From contig JAULZW010000006.1 in NCBI GenBank assembly GCA_032117235.1, forward strand, positions 2,532 to 66,531: a stretch of DNA of 64,000 bases, in the 5' to 3' direction. Below, one piece after another: positions 18,764 through 29,193 of the stretch; the stretch's first letter is position 1, and each line of letters begins with the position of its first letter. This stretch comes from Minisyncoccota bacterium. GTDB taxonomy: Bacteria; Patescibacteriota; Minisyncoccia; SW-4-49-11. The notes under the pieces were generated by a model that saw only the letters and a program-made list of their open reading frames with translations, had not been told where the DNA came from and ran no database searches. The translations under genes and the position numbers were made by a program.

Positions 18764-19972
18764 TTATAATTTAAATTTACTAATAAATTTAATCACTTCA
18801 GATTTTATTTGATCTAATTGATTAGAACGATCTATATTCTGAGCTACTTGAGCTATAAATTCAGAAATATTTTCCATATCTTGCTCTTTTAATCCCAAGG
18901 TAGTAACAGCTGGAGTCCCCAATCTTATTCCGTTTGGTTTAAAAGGAGAGGCAGTATCAAAAGGTATGGTGTTTTTATTAGTCTCAATATTGACTGAATT
19001 GAGAGCCTTTGACAAAGTATCTCCATCAATACCTTTGTTTCTTAAATCTACCAATATTAGGTGGTTTTCAGTACCTCCAGACACAATATCAAAACCTCTA
19101 TTTTGCAAAGCCTTAGCTAAAGCTTTGGCATTGAGAATTATTTGTTTACAATAATCTGTATATTCTGGTTTAAGGGCATCTTCAAGAGCAATAGCAATTC
19201 CTGCGATATTATTATTATGAGGTCCACCTTGTAGTCCAGGGAATACAGCTTTATCTATTTTTTGAGCTAATTCAGGGGAGTTGGTCATTATTAAAGCGCC
19301 TCTTGGACCCCTTAGAATTTTATGTGTGGTAGTGGTAATTATATCTGCGTCAGGAAATGGATGCGGATGTAATCCAGTAGCTACTAAACCAGAAATATGA
19401 GATATATCAGCCAAATGATAAGCTCCAATACTTTTGGCAATCTCCCCAATTCTTTTAAAATTAATTTGTCTAGGATAGGCTGAGTGCCCTGAGATAATAA
19501 GCTTGGGTTTATGTTCTTGAGCTAACTTTTCAATTTCAGCATAATCTATATACCCTTCCGGAGTAAGTCCATAACTAATAGAATTAAACCATTTACCAGA
19601 AATACTAACTTTATGTCCATGAGTAAGATGTCCTCCTGCTGGGAGCGAAAGTCCCAAAATAGTATTATGTGGCTCAAGTAAAGCAAAATAAACAGCTAAG
19701 TTAGCGGGGCTACCAGAATAAGCCTGAACATTAGCAAATCTTGTACCAAATAAATTTTTGGCGGATTCAATGGCAATTAATTCAATTTGATCTATGAATT
19801 CTTGTCCTTCATAATATCTAGATTGTGGATAACCTTCACTATATTTATTGGTAAGACTAGATCCGAGTGCTGTTAGAATTTCTTGAGAAACATAATTCTC
19901 AGAAGCTATCAGTCTAATTGTATTAGCTTGTCTCTTGGTTTCTTGTTGAATTAAATCTAAAATTTTACTCAT
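18764..19972 (-). CDS. glyA: Serine hydroxymethyltransferase
   Basis: 402 aa. 'LIASENYVS', PLP-site 'TTTTHKILRGPRG'. Confidence 0.95.
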   Translation of the reverse strand: MSKILDLIQQETKRQANTIRLIASENYVSQEILTALGSSLTNKYSEGYPQSRYYEGQEFIDQIELIAIESAKNLFGTRFANVQAYSGSPANLAVYFALLEPHNTILGLSLPAGGHLTHGHKVSISGKWFNSISYGLTPEGYIDYAEIEKLAQEHKPKLIISGHSAYPRQINFKRIGEIAKSIGAYHLADISHISGLVATGLHPHPFPDADIITTTTHKILRGPRGALIMTNSPELAQKIDKAVFPGLQGGPHNNNIAGIAIALEDALKPEYTDYCKQIILNAKALAKALQNRGFDIVSGGTENHLILVDLRNKGIDGDTLSKALNSVNIETNKNTIPFDTASPFKPNGIRLGTPAVTTLGLKEQDMENISEFIAQVAQNIDRSNQLDQIKSEVIKFISKFKL

Positions 19973-20068
19973 TTTATTAGAATTATATATAAAATAATTA
20001 TAGCAAAATATATAATATTATACTAATTATTATGATATAATGGTATATATGATAAATAAATTAAATAG

Positions 20069-21193
20069 ATGAAACCTTTAAGTGGTAGATTATTATATAT
20101 AAATTTAGTTCTTGCTATAATTTGGGATACTATTGGGTTTTTTTTATTTATTTTAGGTTTAATCCCTGGGGCACAACCAATCACAATTACAGCATCTTTA
20201 GTTATTGATGCAACTGCATTTTTTACTGATTTAATATTTTGTATATTATATCAGGGTTATGTCAAAATATATAATGCTAATTTTAAGCTATATCAACTGA
20301 AAAGAATTAGGGAAATGATGAGATTATCCAAGAAAAATAGTGGTACATCTAATAATCCTATAACTAAGAATTTAGCTCGTCAAACTCAAAAAATAAATCA
20401 ATATATGCTGGATAATTTTTCTAATTATATAATAGGTTTTACTGTAAAAAAAATTCAATATTCAATCTTGACATCAGTAGTAGAAATAATTCCTTGGATC
20501 GGTGATTTTTCCCCATCTTGGACTATTAAGGCTAATTTGCATCTAAGAGAGCATCGTAAAATGGCTAGAGAATTAAAAATAAGAAATACAAAATTTGAAA
20601 AATCTTTAGCGAAGTGGCGAGGCTCCTTAAAAATTGGAGGCGTCAGAAAATTTATGTCCCCAAAAAATAAGAATACATCAGTTAAAGAGACAAACTCTAA
20701 TAATATCAGAACATTTAAAAGACGTGTACCAAGTGAGGTGGGACAATCTCCACAGCCAAAAAAAGATATGAATTTAGATGTTAAAAAGTCAGTCGCTAAT
20801 AATATTAGACCATTTAGAAGTCGCTTACCAGTCGAGAATGCTCAACCTGTACAGGCACAAAATAATAATAAATTAGCCAACATACAATCAACAGCTAACA
20901 ATGTTGCTTCTATCAGTAGACAGCTAGTTGGTTCTATACCACAACAGTCTTTAAAGGATGAAGATGATGAATTACAATACAGAAATCAACCTATTAATGA
21001 TATAAAGTCTATAAAAAAACAAGTATTTAGTGATATATCCAAACCCGTATCAGCTAAAAAAGATAATATTTTACCCAATATTAAAAGTGTAAATAATGAA
21101 AAATTAGGCTCTAACAATATTAGACAATTCTCAAGAAGTGCACAGAGTCAAGTAAATAGTGATAAAATACTAGAAACATTAATCAAAAAATAA
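20069..21193 (+). CDS. Hypothetical membrane protein with an internally repetitive C-terminal half
   Basis: N-terminal TM helices. The C-terminal half has four degenerate repeats of 'NNIR(T/P/Q)F(K/R/S)R..P..V'. Confidence 0.4.
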   Translation: MKPLSGRLLYINLVLAIIWDTIGFFLFILGLIPGAQPITITASLVIDATAFFTDLIFCILYQGYVKIYNANFKLYQLKRIREMMRLSKKNSGTSNNPITKNLARQTQKINQYMLDNFSNYIIGFTVKKIQYSILTSVVEIIPWIGDFSPSWTIKANLHLREHRKMARELKIRNTKFEKSLAKWRGSLKIGGVRKFMSPKNKNTSVKETNSNNIRTFKRRVPSEVGQSPQPKKDMNLDVKKSVANNIRPFRSRLPVENAQPVQAQNNNKLANIQSTANNVASISRQLVGSIPQQSLKDEDDELQYRNQPINDIKSIKKQVFSDISKPVSAKKDNILPNIKSVNNEKLGSNNIRQFSRSAQSQVNSDKILETLIKK

Positions 21194-21246
21194 ATACTAT
21201 TCTAAAACTTTAAAATATGATATAATTTACAATATGTATTAAATAT

Positions 21247-22467
21247 ATGAAATATAGAAATATTATTAAAATAATTATCTTAACCATAATTATAGGCTTG
21301 TTGGATACAGGCTCTCTCTTAGCTCAGACTATAGATAATAATGCCACCACTAATTCAACTACTCCCAATTTAATCAGTTCTATTAATAATGATCCCAAGA
21401 CTCAGGAAGAAGCTAATAGGTTAATTGACTCTTTAATTAATAAAAGTTTTGCTGATAGCTATTATACAGATAAATCATCAATAGGTGAGATAAAATTAGT
21501 AATAAAAAATAAATATTTATTCACTAAACAGAAGATAGATTTTTCTACCGTGAACTATCATATAGATAAAAACTTTAAATTTGAGGGAGCGGAATACATT
21601 TGGAAAATTAAAAAAGGAGATAAGATTGTAATGGAGTTGAAAGACATCAATAAATCTAGCTTTTTCTATAATTTTACAGAATCAGGGACTTATCAGATAG
21701 AGGTGAGTGTTAATTCAGCTGGAGTTGTGAAAACAGGTAGCATTAGTATAGATATTTATAATAAATTATCTCTAGATTACAGACCACTTAATCCTGGTAA
21801 AGGAGATATAATTACAACAGCTACAGAATTACCAGTATCCCAATATGCAATAGAATGGAAAGTAGATGGAGAAACCAAAGAGACAAATAACAATAAGATA
21901 ACATTTACAGAAAATAAAGGATATAAACAAAACTATTTTATAGAAGCTATCGCTCGAGATAAGCTGAGTGGATATACTAAATATTATGGTAATACCACTA
22001 TCAATATTCAAGAACCAGAAATAAGAATATCTTTGGTAAATAACAAAAATAATGCTCCAATTGACTTTAATGAAGAAATTAATATTAATGAGCCTATTCA
22101 ACTATTAATCTCTAGTGATGTGTTGAACTCTAGTCAAGATTCAAAATTAGCATATACATATAGAATTAATGACAAATTACAAGATGGTAGTGGAAACTCT
22201 GTAACATTAGATATTGATCCTAATCAATCATATAAAATAGATATAATTTCTAGAGATACTAGTGAAAAAGATGCTAATGCAATAAAATCCTTTATTATCA
22301 ATAAAGATAAAATATCAACTCCAGTAGATGCTAATTTAGCCAAAGTGAGTAGATTAGATTATTTCAAAAATGATAGATATTTGGGAATAGGACTATTATC
22401 CATAATTCTAGTAATGATATTAGTAATGTCTAATCATAGCTCACTGAATAAGAAAATTGAGAAATAG
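21247..22467 (+). CDS. Hypothetical secreted protein with a C-terminal membrane anchor
   Basis: Signal peptide, Asn/Thr-rich, C-terminal TM 'LGIGLLSIILVMILVM'. Confidence 0.4.
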   Translation: MKYRNIIKIIILTIIIGLLDTGSLLAQTIDNNATTNSTTPNLISSINNDPKTQEEANRLIDSLINKSFADSYYTDKSSIGEIKLVIKNKYLFTKQKIDFSTVNYHIDKNFKFEGAEYIWKIKKGDKIVMELKDINKSSFFYNFTESGTYQIEVSVNSAGVVKTGSISIDIYNKLSLDYRPLNPGKGDIITTATELPVSQYAIEWKVDGETKETNNNKITFTENKGYKQNYFIEAIARDKLSGYTKYYGNTTINIQEPEIRISLVNNKNNAPIDFNEEININEPIQLLISSDVLNSSQDSKLAYTYRINDKLQDGSGNSVTLDIDPNQSYKIDIISRDTSEKDANAIKSFIINKDKISTPVDANLAKVSRLDYFKNDRYLGIGLLSIILVMILVMSNHSSLNKKIEK

Positions 22468-22771
22468 TATTGTGGATAACTTAAGTAAGAAGCAAAAATT
22501 TATTATTTTATTAGTTGGAGGTGGGATAATAATTGTAGGTGCATTTATTTGGTCTATGGTCCTTAATTTAAGTCAAATGTCAATTTTAAATCCAGTTCCA
22601 GAATTAAGTTTCCCAAAAGAAATCTCAGAAATAATAGAAAAAAATAATTCTTCATCAGAATTACAAAATATAACTGAAATTTTAGAAAAAGATAAAAATA
22701 AAAGTGTAGATTTAGATGAAAATAATAAGGCTAATACAGAATTAAATTTAGACTCAGATACAAAACAATAA
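22457..22771 (+). CDS. Small hypothetical membrane protein
   Basis: 104 aa with one TM helix. Coding status is uncertain. Confidence 0.3.
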   Translation: MRNSIVDNLSKKQKFIILLVGGGIIIVGAFIWSMVLNLSQMSILNPVPELSFPKEISEIIEKNNSSSELQNITEILEKDKNKSVDLDENNKANTELNLDSDTKQ

Positions 22772-22778
22772 TAGTATA

Positions 22779-23219
22779 TTATTCAGAGATATCCTGAATT
22801 ACAGTTTTTTCCCCATAAGTATCTAAAGTCCAAGCTACCTCTTCTACTCTAGATTGGCTATACTCATTCTTCTCCCGCATATAAGAGGCTTTCTTTTTTT
22901 GAGTAGTAATTTTGATAACTGATCTTGTAATATCAACATCACGAGACCATAAAAATAAAGTCGGTTTTATAATATAAATTATAATATTTGTAAGTAAAAT
23001 ATCAAAGTTCTGGCCATTTATTTTAACAAATGCAAAAGCAAAGGTTGCCCCTATCACAGGTAATATACTAATAAAAAACACTCCTAGATTAGGCTTGAAG
23101 TACCATAAAAATCCACCAATCACGACTCCAATAGCTAAAACAGCAAATTGTCTAATAGTAATAGGTCCAAATATTTTATCTTCAGAATCAACAAATTGAG
23201 GGATATTATATTGTTGCAT
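22779..23219 (-). CDS. PrgI/VirB3-like small membrane protein (tentative)
   Basis: 146 aa. The N-terminal 'KIFGPITIRQFAVLAIGVVIGGFLWY' followed by a second TM helix resembles the PrgI-family 'fGltlrQ' pattern. It is the last gene of the operon. Confidence 0.4.
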   Translation of the reverse strand: MQQYNIPQFVDSEDKIFGPITIRQFAVLAIGVVIGGFLWYFKPNLGVFFISILPVIGATFAFAFVKINGQNFDILLTNIIIYIIKPTLFLWSRDVDITRSVIKITTQKKKASYMREKNEYSQSRVEEVAWTLDTYGEKTVIQDISE

Positions 23220-23225
23220 ATTAGT

Positions 23226-24113
23226 TTATTCAGGTTGCTTTAAATTTACTAAATTTTTAGGAATAGGAGTTGGCTTGGCAGTTAGTACAATTGGAGCTGA
23301 AGACTTAGTCGGAACAGGCATACGAGGCACCGGTTGAGGGCTAAATTGAGGTATATTATTAGCAATACCACTATGAGTAGTGGATTGGGTAGGTTTAGGA
23401 TTTGTATTATTAACTATATGTGTTGGTAAGGGAGTATTAATAGCCTCCTTACGAACAGGCTCAGTATTAACAGCAGGTATATTATTATTATCTAAATCTT
23501 GATAAAGTACAGTAGTATCTGTTTGTAAATAATCATAAAAAGATAATACTTTTCTTAAAGCTTCTTTTTCAGCTGGACTCAAAGTTTGGACTACAGTATC
23601 TCCACTAATAAATTTAGATTTAGCAAAATTATCATTAGAGTTAATCCCAGTAGCTCTATTATAATATTCAATCCAATTAGCAATATTAGGTTTAGCTTGA
23701 GGATTGTCTTGAGATAAATGTAGGGGAACAGTCCCAATTTGCTGATTGTTTTTCTCAACTAAACTCAATAAATCTTTTCGCATCATTTCTTTGATTAACT
23801 CTATTGGATAAATAGAATATTTACTCTCAATTCTGGCTCTAAGATCTCGCTCAGAAGGCCAAATAGGATTCAAAGACTCAATTAGGTTAAAAGATATAAT
23901 GTTAAATAATAATTCGTATTTTAAATTCGGAATAGCCGTCACATAAAGTTGGAAAATAATTTTAGATAATTCGCGATAAGCATCTGGATTGGATGTTTTT
24001 ATATTATTATCAATAAGAGATTTTTCTAATTTTTCAGCAAATTCAAAAGCCCCGAGAACATTGTCATAAGTTATCAGTGATTTGGCTTCTTCTTGTATTT
24101 CAGTGAGTGTCAT
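23226..24113 (-). CDS. Hypothetical protein with a Pro-rich C-terminus
   Basis: 295 aa with no TM helix. The C-terminus is 'PQPVPRMPVPTKSSAPIVLTAKPTPIPKNL'. It lies in the operon with the VirB6-like gene. Confidence 0.4.
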   Translation of the reverse strand: MTLTEIQEEAKSLITYDNVLGAFEFAEKLEKSLIDNNIKTSNPDAYRELSKIIFQLYVTAIPNLKYELLFNIISFNLIESLNPIWPSERDLRARIESKYSIYPIELIKEMMRKDLLSLVEKNNQQIGTVPLHLSQDNPQAKPNIANWIEYYNRATGINSNDNFAKSKFISGDTVVQTLSPAEKEALRKVLSFYDYLQTDTTVLYQDLDNNNIPAVNTEPVRKEAINTPLPTHIVNNTNPKPTQSTTHSGIANNIPQFSPQPVPRMPVPTKSSAPIVLTAKPTPIPKNLVNLKQPE

Positions 24114-24138
24114 GGGGGGATATTTTATTTTTATATTA

Positions 24139-26214
24139 TTAAGGAGATGAAGTTATTCTATTTTTACCACCTAGTCCTTTTAGTGCAGCCTTCAATTTGT
24201 TCTCACCAATTTCTGGCACTGATAATTCTGGGTAAGTGGCACGAGCTACAGCTGGATCTGATTGATATAAAGATAAATAGTTATTTATTTCTTTAATAAT
24301 ATTGGTTCTTATTCCTCCATATTTATTCCATGATTTTGGATCTTCTAAAGTGTCGAGTGAAGATTCATTTGCTATAATCGGAGCAAATTTCTTAATATCA
24401 AAGTTGTCTTCATATATTTCTCTTCCTGATGAATCTGTAACTTTACTTTTTGTATTAAATATAGAGTTATTTTTTGCAACCATATCTCCTGCTCCGACTA
24501 ATCCAGCTTTTGCTGCTTTAGCAGAGGGTGAGTAATTTGTATTTTTTACATCTCGTTCTGCTAATCCAGCGGCAAAATTACCAACCCCCTTATCATTTAA
24601 TATATTAGCCTGACGACTTCTAAAGCTATTTGTTGTTTGAGTACCTATAACTTTACCATTAGCATCTCGGATAAGGTTTCCAGCACTATCTTTTTGCTCA
24701 AAATTATCATTAATGAATGCATCAAGTTGCTTAGCATCAGTATCATAACCATTAGATGGGTCTGAATATTTACTATAATCACCTTGTGTAAATATTTTAT
24801 TCCATCCTTTTAATTCAGATATTCTTGTTGCTAATGCCATGGCAGTGAATTTATCTCCATCATCAAGAGCTTTCTTCATATCTTGAGCTAATTTATCAAC
24901 ATTAAATTCATCTTTGACTTCTGTAGCAGCAGCTCCTTGTAGTGTAGCAGCCATTTTTTTATAGCGTTCATTTCCTTTCTCTTCTAACTTACCTTCATTA
25001 AACAAACGAATTGCTTTTTCTTTCTCAAAATCTTCTAATTGTTGTTTTTTCCCTTCAGCTGAAAACCCTTGAAATCTTCCCACGAATCCAATCCCTTCTT
25101 TTTGTTGTTCTATCAAATCTCTTTTTTTACTTTCATATTTTTGATTGGCATTTTGCAATGCTTTAATTCCAGTTACTCCACCCACAGCTCCAGCTGTATT
25201 AGTGAGCCCACCAGCTAACTTATCAGTATTCTTAATACCACCCTGCACTAATTCTTTTCCCTTACCAAACATTTTTCCAGTACCAACTCCTCCAGCTCCG
25301 ACATAAGCTCCTAGTCCTAATGTGGCAACAGTACCAGCTACTCCCACAGCATTTTTTAGTATAGTAGGAGCAGATTGAGCAGCCTTGGTGGCTGTAGAAT
25401 TGGCCAAGAATAATAATCCTATCACTAAGACATAATTTATTAGATTACCATTATTCATCAAATTATCCCCACCAGTCGTAGCAGTATTAGCAGAAATTCC
25501 AGTGCTCATCAAAGAAAATGCTAAATATAAGAAAAACATTAAAGTTGGCCCAGTAACTAAGGCTTCTTGTAATTGTTTTTTCCAATCATCACTAATAGAT
25601 TTTAGTCCTGGTATTAAAGTAGCCATAAAAGCCAAAGGAGCTAACATTATTACAAACCACAAGGTTACTATCCTCATAGCTAGAATAAGTGCAGTCCATA
25701 ATAGTACAAATACTAAAATAGCAATTACAACAATAGTAAATATATTTAAAATAATATTCTCTGTATTAGATTCTGAACCTGATTCTGCTATTCTGGATGC
25801 AGTTCCAATAATGTTTGCCATATTAGGTCCAAAGGAATTATAAAAAGATATCATTATAATTTGGCTAATATCTATCAAGAATCCTACAATAGCTTTACTG
25901 AAATTTATAAATAAAGCTACAAATATAAAATTAGGCAACATTCTTTTAGCTGTATAATTATCTAAGGATCCAACATTAAGTACAGTTGAGATTGCAATTA
26001 ATAATAAAACTAAAGCAAAGAATAAATTAGAGAAGTTTCTAGTAATTTCCCAGCCAGCATTAACTCCTTCACTAAAGAAATTCTGATAGGACATAACATT
26101 TGTTAATAATGGGACAACAGCATTGTTTAATAACATTAAAAAAAAGTTTTTAAACATACCAACTATGTTTGCCACTAAAAATCCACCTGCTTTATCTAAA
26201 AACCAATTAACCAT
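24139..26214 (-). CDS. VirB6/TrbL-like polytopic membrane protein with a long Gly-rich hydrophilic C-terminal tail
   Basis: 691 aa with 6-7 TM helices. 'VIMLAPLAFMATLIPGLKSISDDWKKQLQEAL' fits the TrbL/VirB6 core pattern (aPl..a..l.p.t....W.kql). The tail runs 'GAGGVGTGKMFGKGKE...'. Confidence 0.5.
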   Translation of the reverse strand: MVNWFLDKAGGFLVANIVGMFKNFFLMLLNNAVVPLLTNVMSYQNFFSEGVNAGWEITRNFSNLFFALVLLLIAISTVLNVGSLDNYTAKRMLPNFIFVALFINFSKAIVGFLIDISQIIMISFYNSFGPNMANIIGTASRIAESGSESNTENIILNIFTIVVIAILVFVLLWTALILAMRIVTLWFVIMLAPLAFMATLIPGLKSISDDWKKQLQEALVTGPTLMFFLYLAFSLMSTGISANTATTGGDNLMNNGNLINYVLVIGLLFLANSTATKAAQSAPTILKNAVGVAGTVATLGLGAYVGAGGVGTGKMFGKGKELVQGGIKNTDKLAGGLTNTAGAVGGVTGIKALQNANQKYESKKRDLIEQQKEGIGFVGRFQGFSAEGKKQQLEDFEKEKAIRLFNEGKLEEKGNERYKKMAATLQGAAATEVKDEFNVDKLAQDMKKALDDGDKFTAMALATRISELKGWNKIFTQGDYSKYSDPSNGYDTDAKQLDAFINDNFEQKDSAGNLIRDANGKVIGTQTTNSFRSRQANILNDKGVGNFAAGLAERDVKNTNYSPSAKAAKAGLVGAGDMVAKNNSIFNTKSKVTDSSGREIYEDNFDIKKFAPIIANESSLDTLEDPKSWNKYGGIRTNIIKEINNYLSLYQSDPAVARATYPELSVPEIGENKLKAALKGLGGKNRITSSP

Positions 26215-26220
26215 AAAATT

Positions 26221-27921
26221 TTAAGGTATTAAACCATTAACAGCTCCACTTACTGCATTGTTTACAGCTCCAGTAGCATTTGTTATGGCTCCACTTACAT
26301 TGCCTATTCCTGGAATTTCCATATTGCCAACTATTCCGTTTAATAATCCAGAAATCTGTTTGTTTAATTCACAAGATAAACCACTAGTTACATTTATTAC
26401 TAATGAATCTTGAAGAGATTTAAAAAATCTATCTGGGTCAGGTATTGCTCCAGTTCCAGTTAATCCGGCTTGCAACTGATTAGCAAATCCTTGTGGATTC
26501 TTCAGAGAATTAATAGGATCAGATTTGGCATTATTAAGTACAGAGGACAAGGTATTATTTACTCCATATAACCCTTGGGTTAGGACTGGTTTTAGTGTGC
26601 CGTCTAGAATATTTTGAGGTATAGCTTCAAAACAATTATCCCCAGAAGCTAAAATAGCTTGATCTATAGTAGCTTCATTAACTTTTTGGGATAGGGAAGA
26701 TATATTAGATCCTGGAGTTTGGATTACTTTAGTAAATGGATTTTTATTATTATCCTGTGTTTTAGAGAAGTATCCATCTCCCATATAGACTACCTCGTCG
26801 TTTAATTGTGTTTCTGCCTTTTTAGATTTTTCATCAGCCATAAAACCAATTGTAGTTGCAATGTCATTAGCATTATTATTTGTTTTAAGTCCTTCAATTA
26901 TACAGTCTAAGGTATCTGCCTCTTCTACTTTGATATTCCCACATTTTTCAGTAAATGTTTCTTTAGGTAATTGACTCTCGGTTGGGTCTTGTAAGTCTTT
27001 AAAATATTCTTCCAACTCCTGATTTTTCTTTAAGGAAAAATTAGCATAATCTCCATAAGTCTCTATAGCATCATTTGACACTACTCCAGTTTCAGGATCT
27101 AGAGCTCCGAATTGTATCCCTAGTTTTCTCAAATCATCTAAGTTTTGAGGCATTAGATTATCATTACTAATTTGAGTTCTTAGAGTATCACTTACTGTAG
27201 CAATAGTTTTAGCCTTTTGCTGTGCTGCCAGAGGAGCATCAACTAATTCCTTTTGTTGATATAGAGCTAAATCATCTACTACAACTACTGGTAATGGAGT
27301 AGGTGAGGTGATATTAACTGGCAAAGGTAAAGGATTGAATAAGTCTACTGGTAGCGGAGCTATCAATCTTCTGGTATCAATTACTTCATTTATATTATTA
27401 TAATTACATTCCTCAAATATTTTTTCTAATCCTATTAAATCATTGAAGTTACCAGTAAATTGTCCGATAGGATCTGCTACTACTCCAGTTAATGTACCAT
27501 CTAATTTAAGTCCAAATGGTGAATTTAAATTCCCTAAAAAATCCCCAGCTAAATTACTAAGATTACTGGTAAAGGAGCCTCCCAATATTCCTCCAGTAAT
27601 AGAATTTGCAAAGTCAGATCCAAGTCCATTTGGTCCAGATCCACAACCAACATCTCCTTTATATGGACTTTCCGGAGCTTCTATAGGCTGTGGTTTTACA
27701 CAGGTATATGTCGCGTTTCCAACTTTATCCTTAGACTCTATTGGTAGTAATCCACGATATTGCTTCTGGCAAACTTCATCTTGGCTACATTTTTTATCCC
27801 CACATGTTTGACCGTATAAATTATCGGCATAAGTTATATTGGGTAAAATAAATATAAATAAAGATAAAAATAATATTTGGAATAATTTTATGTTTATTTT
27901 ATTTTTAATAATATAATTCAT
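26221..27921 (-). CDS. Secreted Cys- and Gly-rich protein (possible VirB5/TrbJ-like or surface adhesin component)
   Basis: 566 aa. Signal peptide, an N-terminal Cys cluster, and Gly-rich segments 'GCGSGPNGLGSDFANSITGGILGG'. It sits immediately upstream of the VirB6-like gene with a 6-nt gap. Confidence 0.4.
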   Translation of the reverse strand: MNYIIKNKINIKLFQILFLSLFIFILPNITYADNLYGQTCGDKKCSQDEVCQKQYRGLLPIESKDKVGNATYTCVKPQPIEAPESPYKGDVGCGSGPNGLGSDFANSITGGILGGSFTSNLSNLAGDFLGNLNSPFGLKLDGTLTGVVADPIGQFTGNFNDLIGLEKIFEECNYNNINEVIDTRRLIAPLPVDLFNPLPLPVNITSPTPLPVVVVDDLALYQQKELVDAPLAAQQKAKTIATVSDTLRTQISNDNLMPQNLDDLRKLGIQFGALDPETGVVSNDAIETYGDYANFSLKKNQELEEYFKDLQDPTESQLPKETFTEKCGNIKVEEADTLDCIIEGLKTNNNANDIATTIGFMADEKSKKAETQLNDEVVYMGDGYFSKTQDNNKNPFTKVIQTPGSNISSLSQKVNEATIDQAILASGDNCFEAIPQNILDGTLKPVLTQGLYGVNNTLSSVLNNAKSDPINSLKNPQGFANQLQAGLTGTGAIPDPDRFFKSLQDSLVINVTSGLSCELNKQISGLLNGIVGNMEIPGIGNVSGAITNATGAVNNAVSGAVNGLIP

Positions 27922-27924
27922 ATA

Positions 27925-28677
27925 TTATGGTTTTTTATAAATAAGATTATATTTTTGTCTAAGTGTTTGTAATTCTTGTTTGATTACTAAGTCTAGTCTT
28001 TGAAGTAAAGATACAGTTAATTTGTTGTTAATGTCTAATTTTAAAGGGTCAGAACTAGCATTTAATAAAATCAATAAAAAGCTATTTTGTACTTGGGCTA
28101 TTCTTATATAAGCCTTATGTAATTGAAGAGCATCTGGAGGAACTTCTATTATGAATAAAGATAAATATAAACTCTTGTTTTTATTAAGTAGGGATTGTAT
28201 ATTTTGAGTTTTTCCACTCAAAGCATCTTCAGACAATTGATTTATATTTGGTTGAATAGAATTCTCTCTGAATACATTGTATAAATTAGTTAGATAATTG
28301 TCAATAGAGTTTTCATTTAATTCTTCAGTTGATAATAAATTTATATTTTTTTCTGGTAATGGAGGTAAATCTATATTATCAATGCCTATGTTTTTGGTAT
28401 TATTTTGGATTTCCTCCACTAATGGCTTATCTGAGATGAGTGAGTTAGTCAATATCTCGGCTCCTATTTTGGTAAAATTAACTTCTTGTTGCTTGCCATC
28501 TTTGGTGGTTTGTAAAATTCTGATTGGAGCAAGTCCTTTATCTATTTCTGATAAATTAGCTGATTGAGACTTGCCAGAGTTTTTTATAATATAAAAAACA
28601 ACAACTAATACTATAACTAATATAATTATAATGCCTATATAAACCAGATTTTGCCTTTTGAAGATAGATTGTAACAT
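27925..28677 (-). CDS. Bitopic membrane protein (VirB8-like topology, unconfirmed)
   Basis: 250 aa with a single N-terminal TM 'LVYIGIIIILVIVLVVVFYII'. It is the first gene of the operon. Confidence 0.35.
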   Translation of the reverse strand: MLQSIFKRQNLVYIGIIIILVIVLVVVFYIIKNSGKSQSANLSEIDKGLAPIRILQTTKDGKQQEVNFTKIGAEILTNSLISDKPLVEEIQNNTKNIGIDNIDLPPLPEKNINLLSTEELNENSIDNYLTNLYNVFRENSIQPNINQLSEDALSGKTQNIQSLLNKNKSLYLSLFIIEVPPDALQLHKAYIRIAQVQNSFLLILLNASSDPLKLDINNKLTVSLLQRLDLVIKQELQTLRQKYNLIYKKP

Positions 28678-28805
28678 TCGATTTATATATATTTTAACCT
28701 ATAAATATTATACTATATTATTGCATTTATAGTCAAACTATCTATTTTGAATTGACAAGCTAAAAATATATGATAATCTAATTAATATAGTATAAAAATA
28801 TAAAT

Positions 28806-29174
28806 ATGATTACAGAAGAATTATTGCTTAGTATATATGCTGTACTTTTACTAGAGGTCGGTTTGTTACTAATGATTTTAATATTAATTGTATTAGATAT
28901 AAAAAATACAGTTGATTCTGTTAGGCAACTTATCAACAAATTTGTAAAGCTAGGTCATATTACGCTAGATACTGCTGAAGAATTTAAGTCAAAACTGACT
29001 TCTTTGTCCGGTATCACCACTATGATTGGTGGGTTGCCTAATATTATATCTATAATACAGGGTTGGAATAACAGGTCTCAGGTTCAGGATAAAACTAAAG
29101 AAGAGACAGAAGTAGATGATTTAGGTGAGGTTTTGTCTAAAGTTGTTCCAAAGAAAAAAAAGCGAATTATATAA
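28806..29174 (+). CDS. Hypothetical small membrane protein
   Basis: 122 aa with one TM helix, divergent from the operon. Confidence 0.35.
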   Translation: MITEELLLSIYAVLLLEVGLLLMILILIVLDIKNTVDSVRQLINKFVKLGHITLDTAEEFKSKLTSLSGITTMIGGLPNIISIIQGWNNRSQVQDKTKEETEVDDLGEVLSKVVPKKKKRII

Positions 29175-29193
29175 TTATTAAGATTACACAAAT

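Noticed and set aside
24093-25843. Short ORFs (24093-24296, 24302-24535, 25502-25843) inside or antisense to the VirB6-like gene
   Set aside because: They are antisense or overlapping frames within a 691-aa gene that has a coherent membrane topology, which is typical of AT-rich antisense noise.
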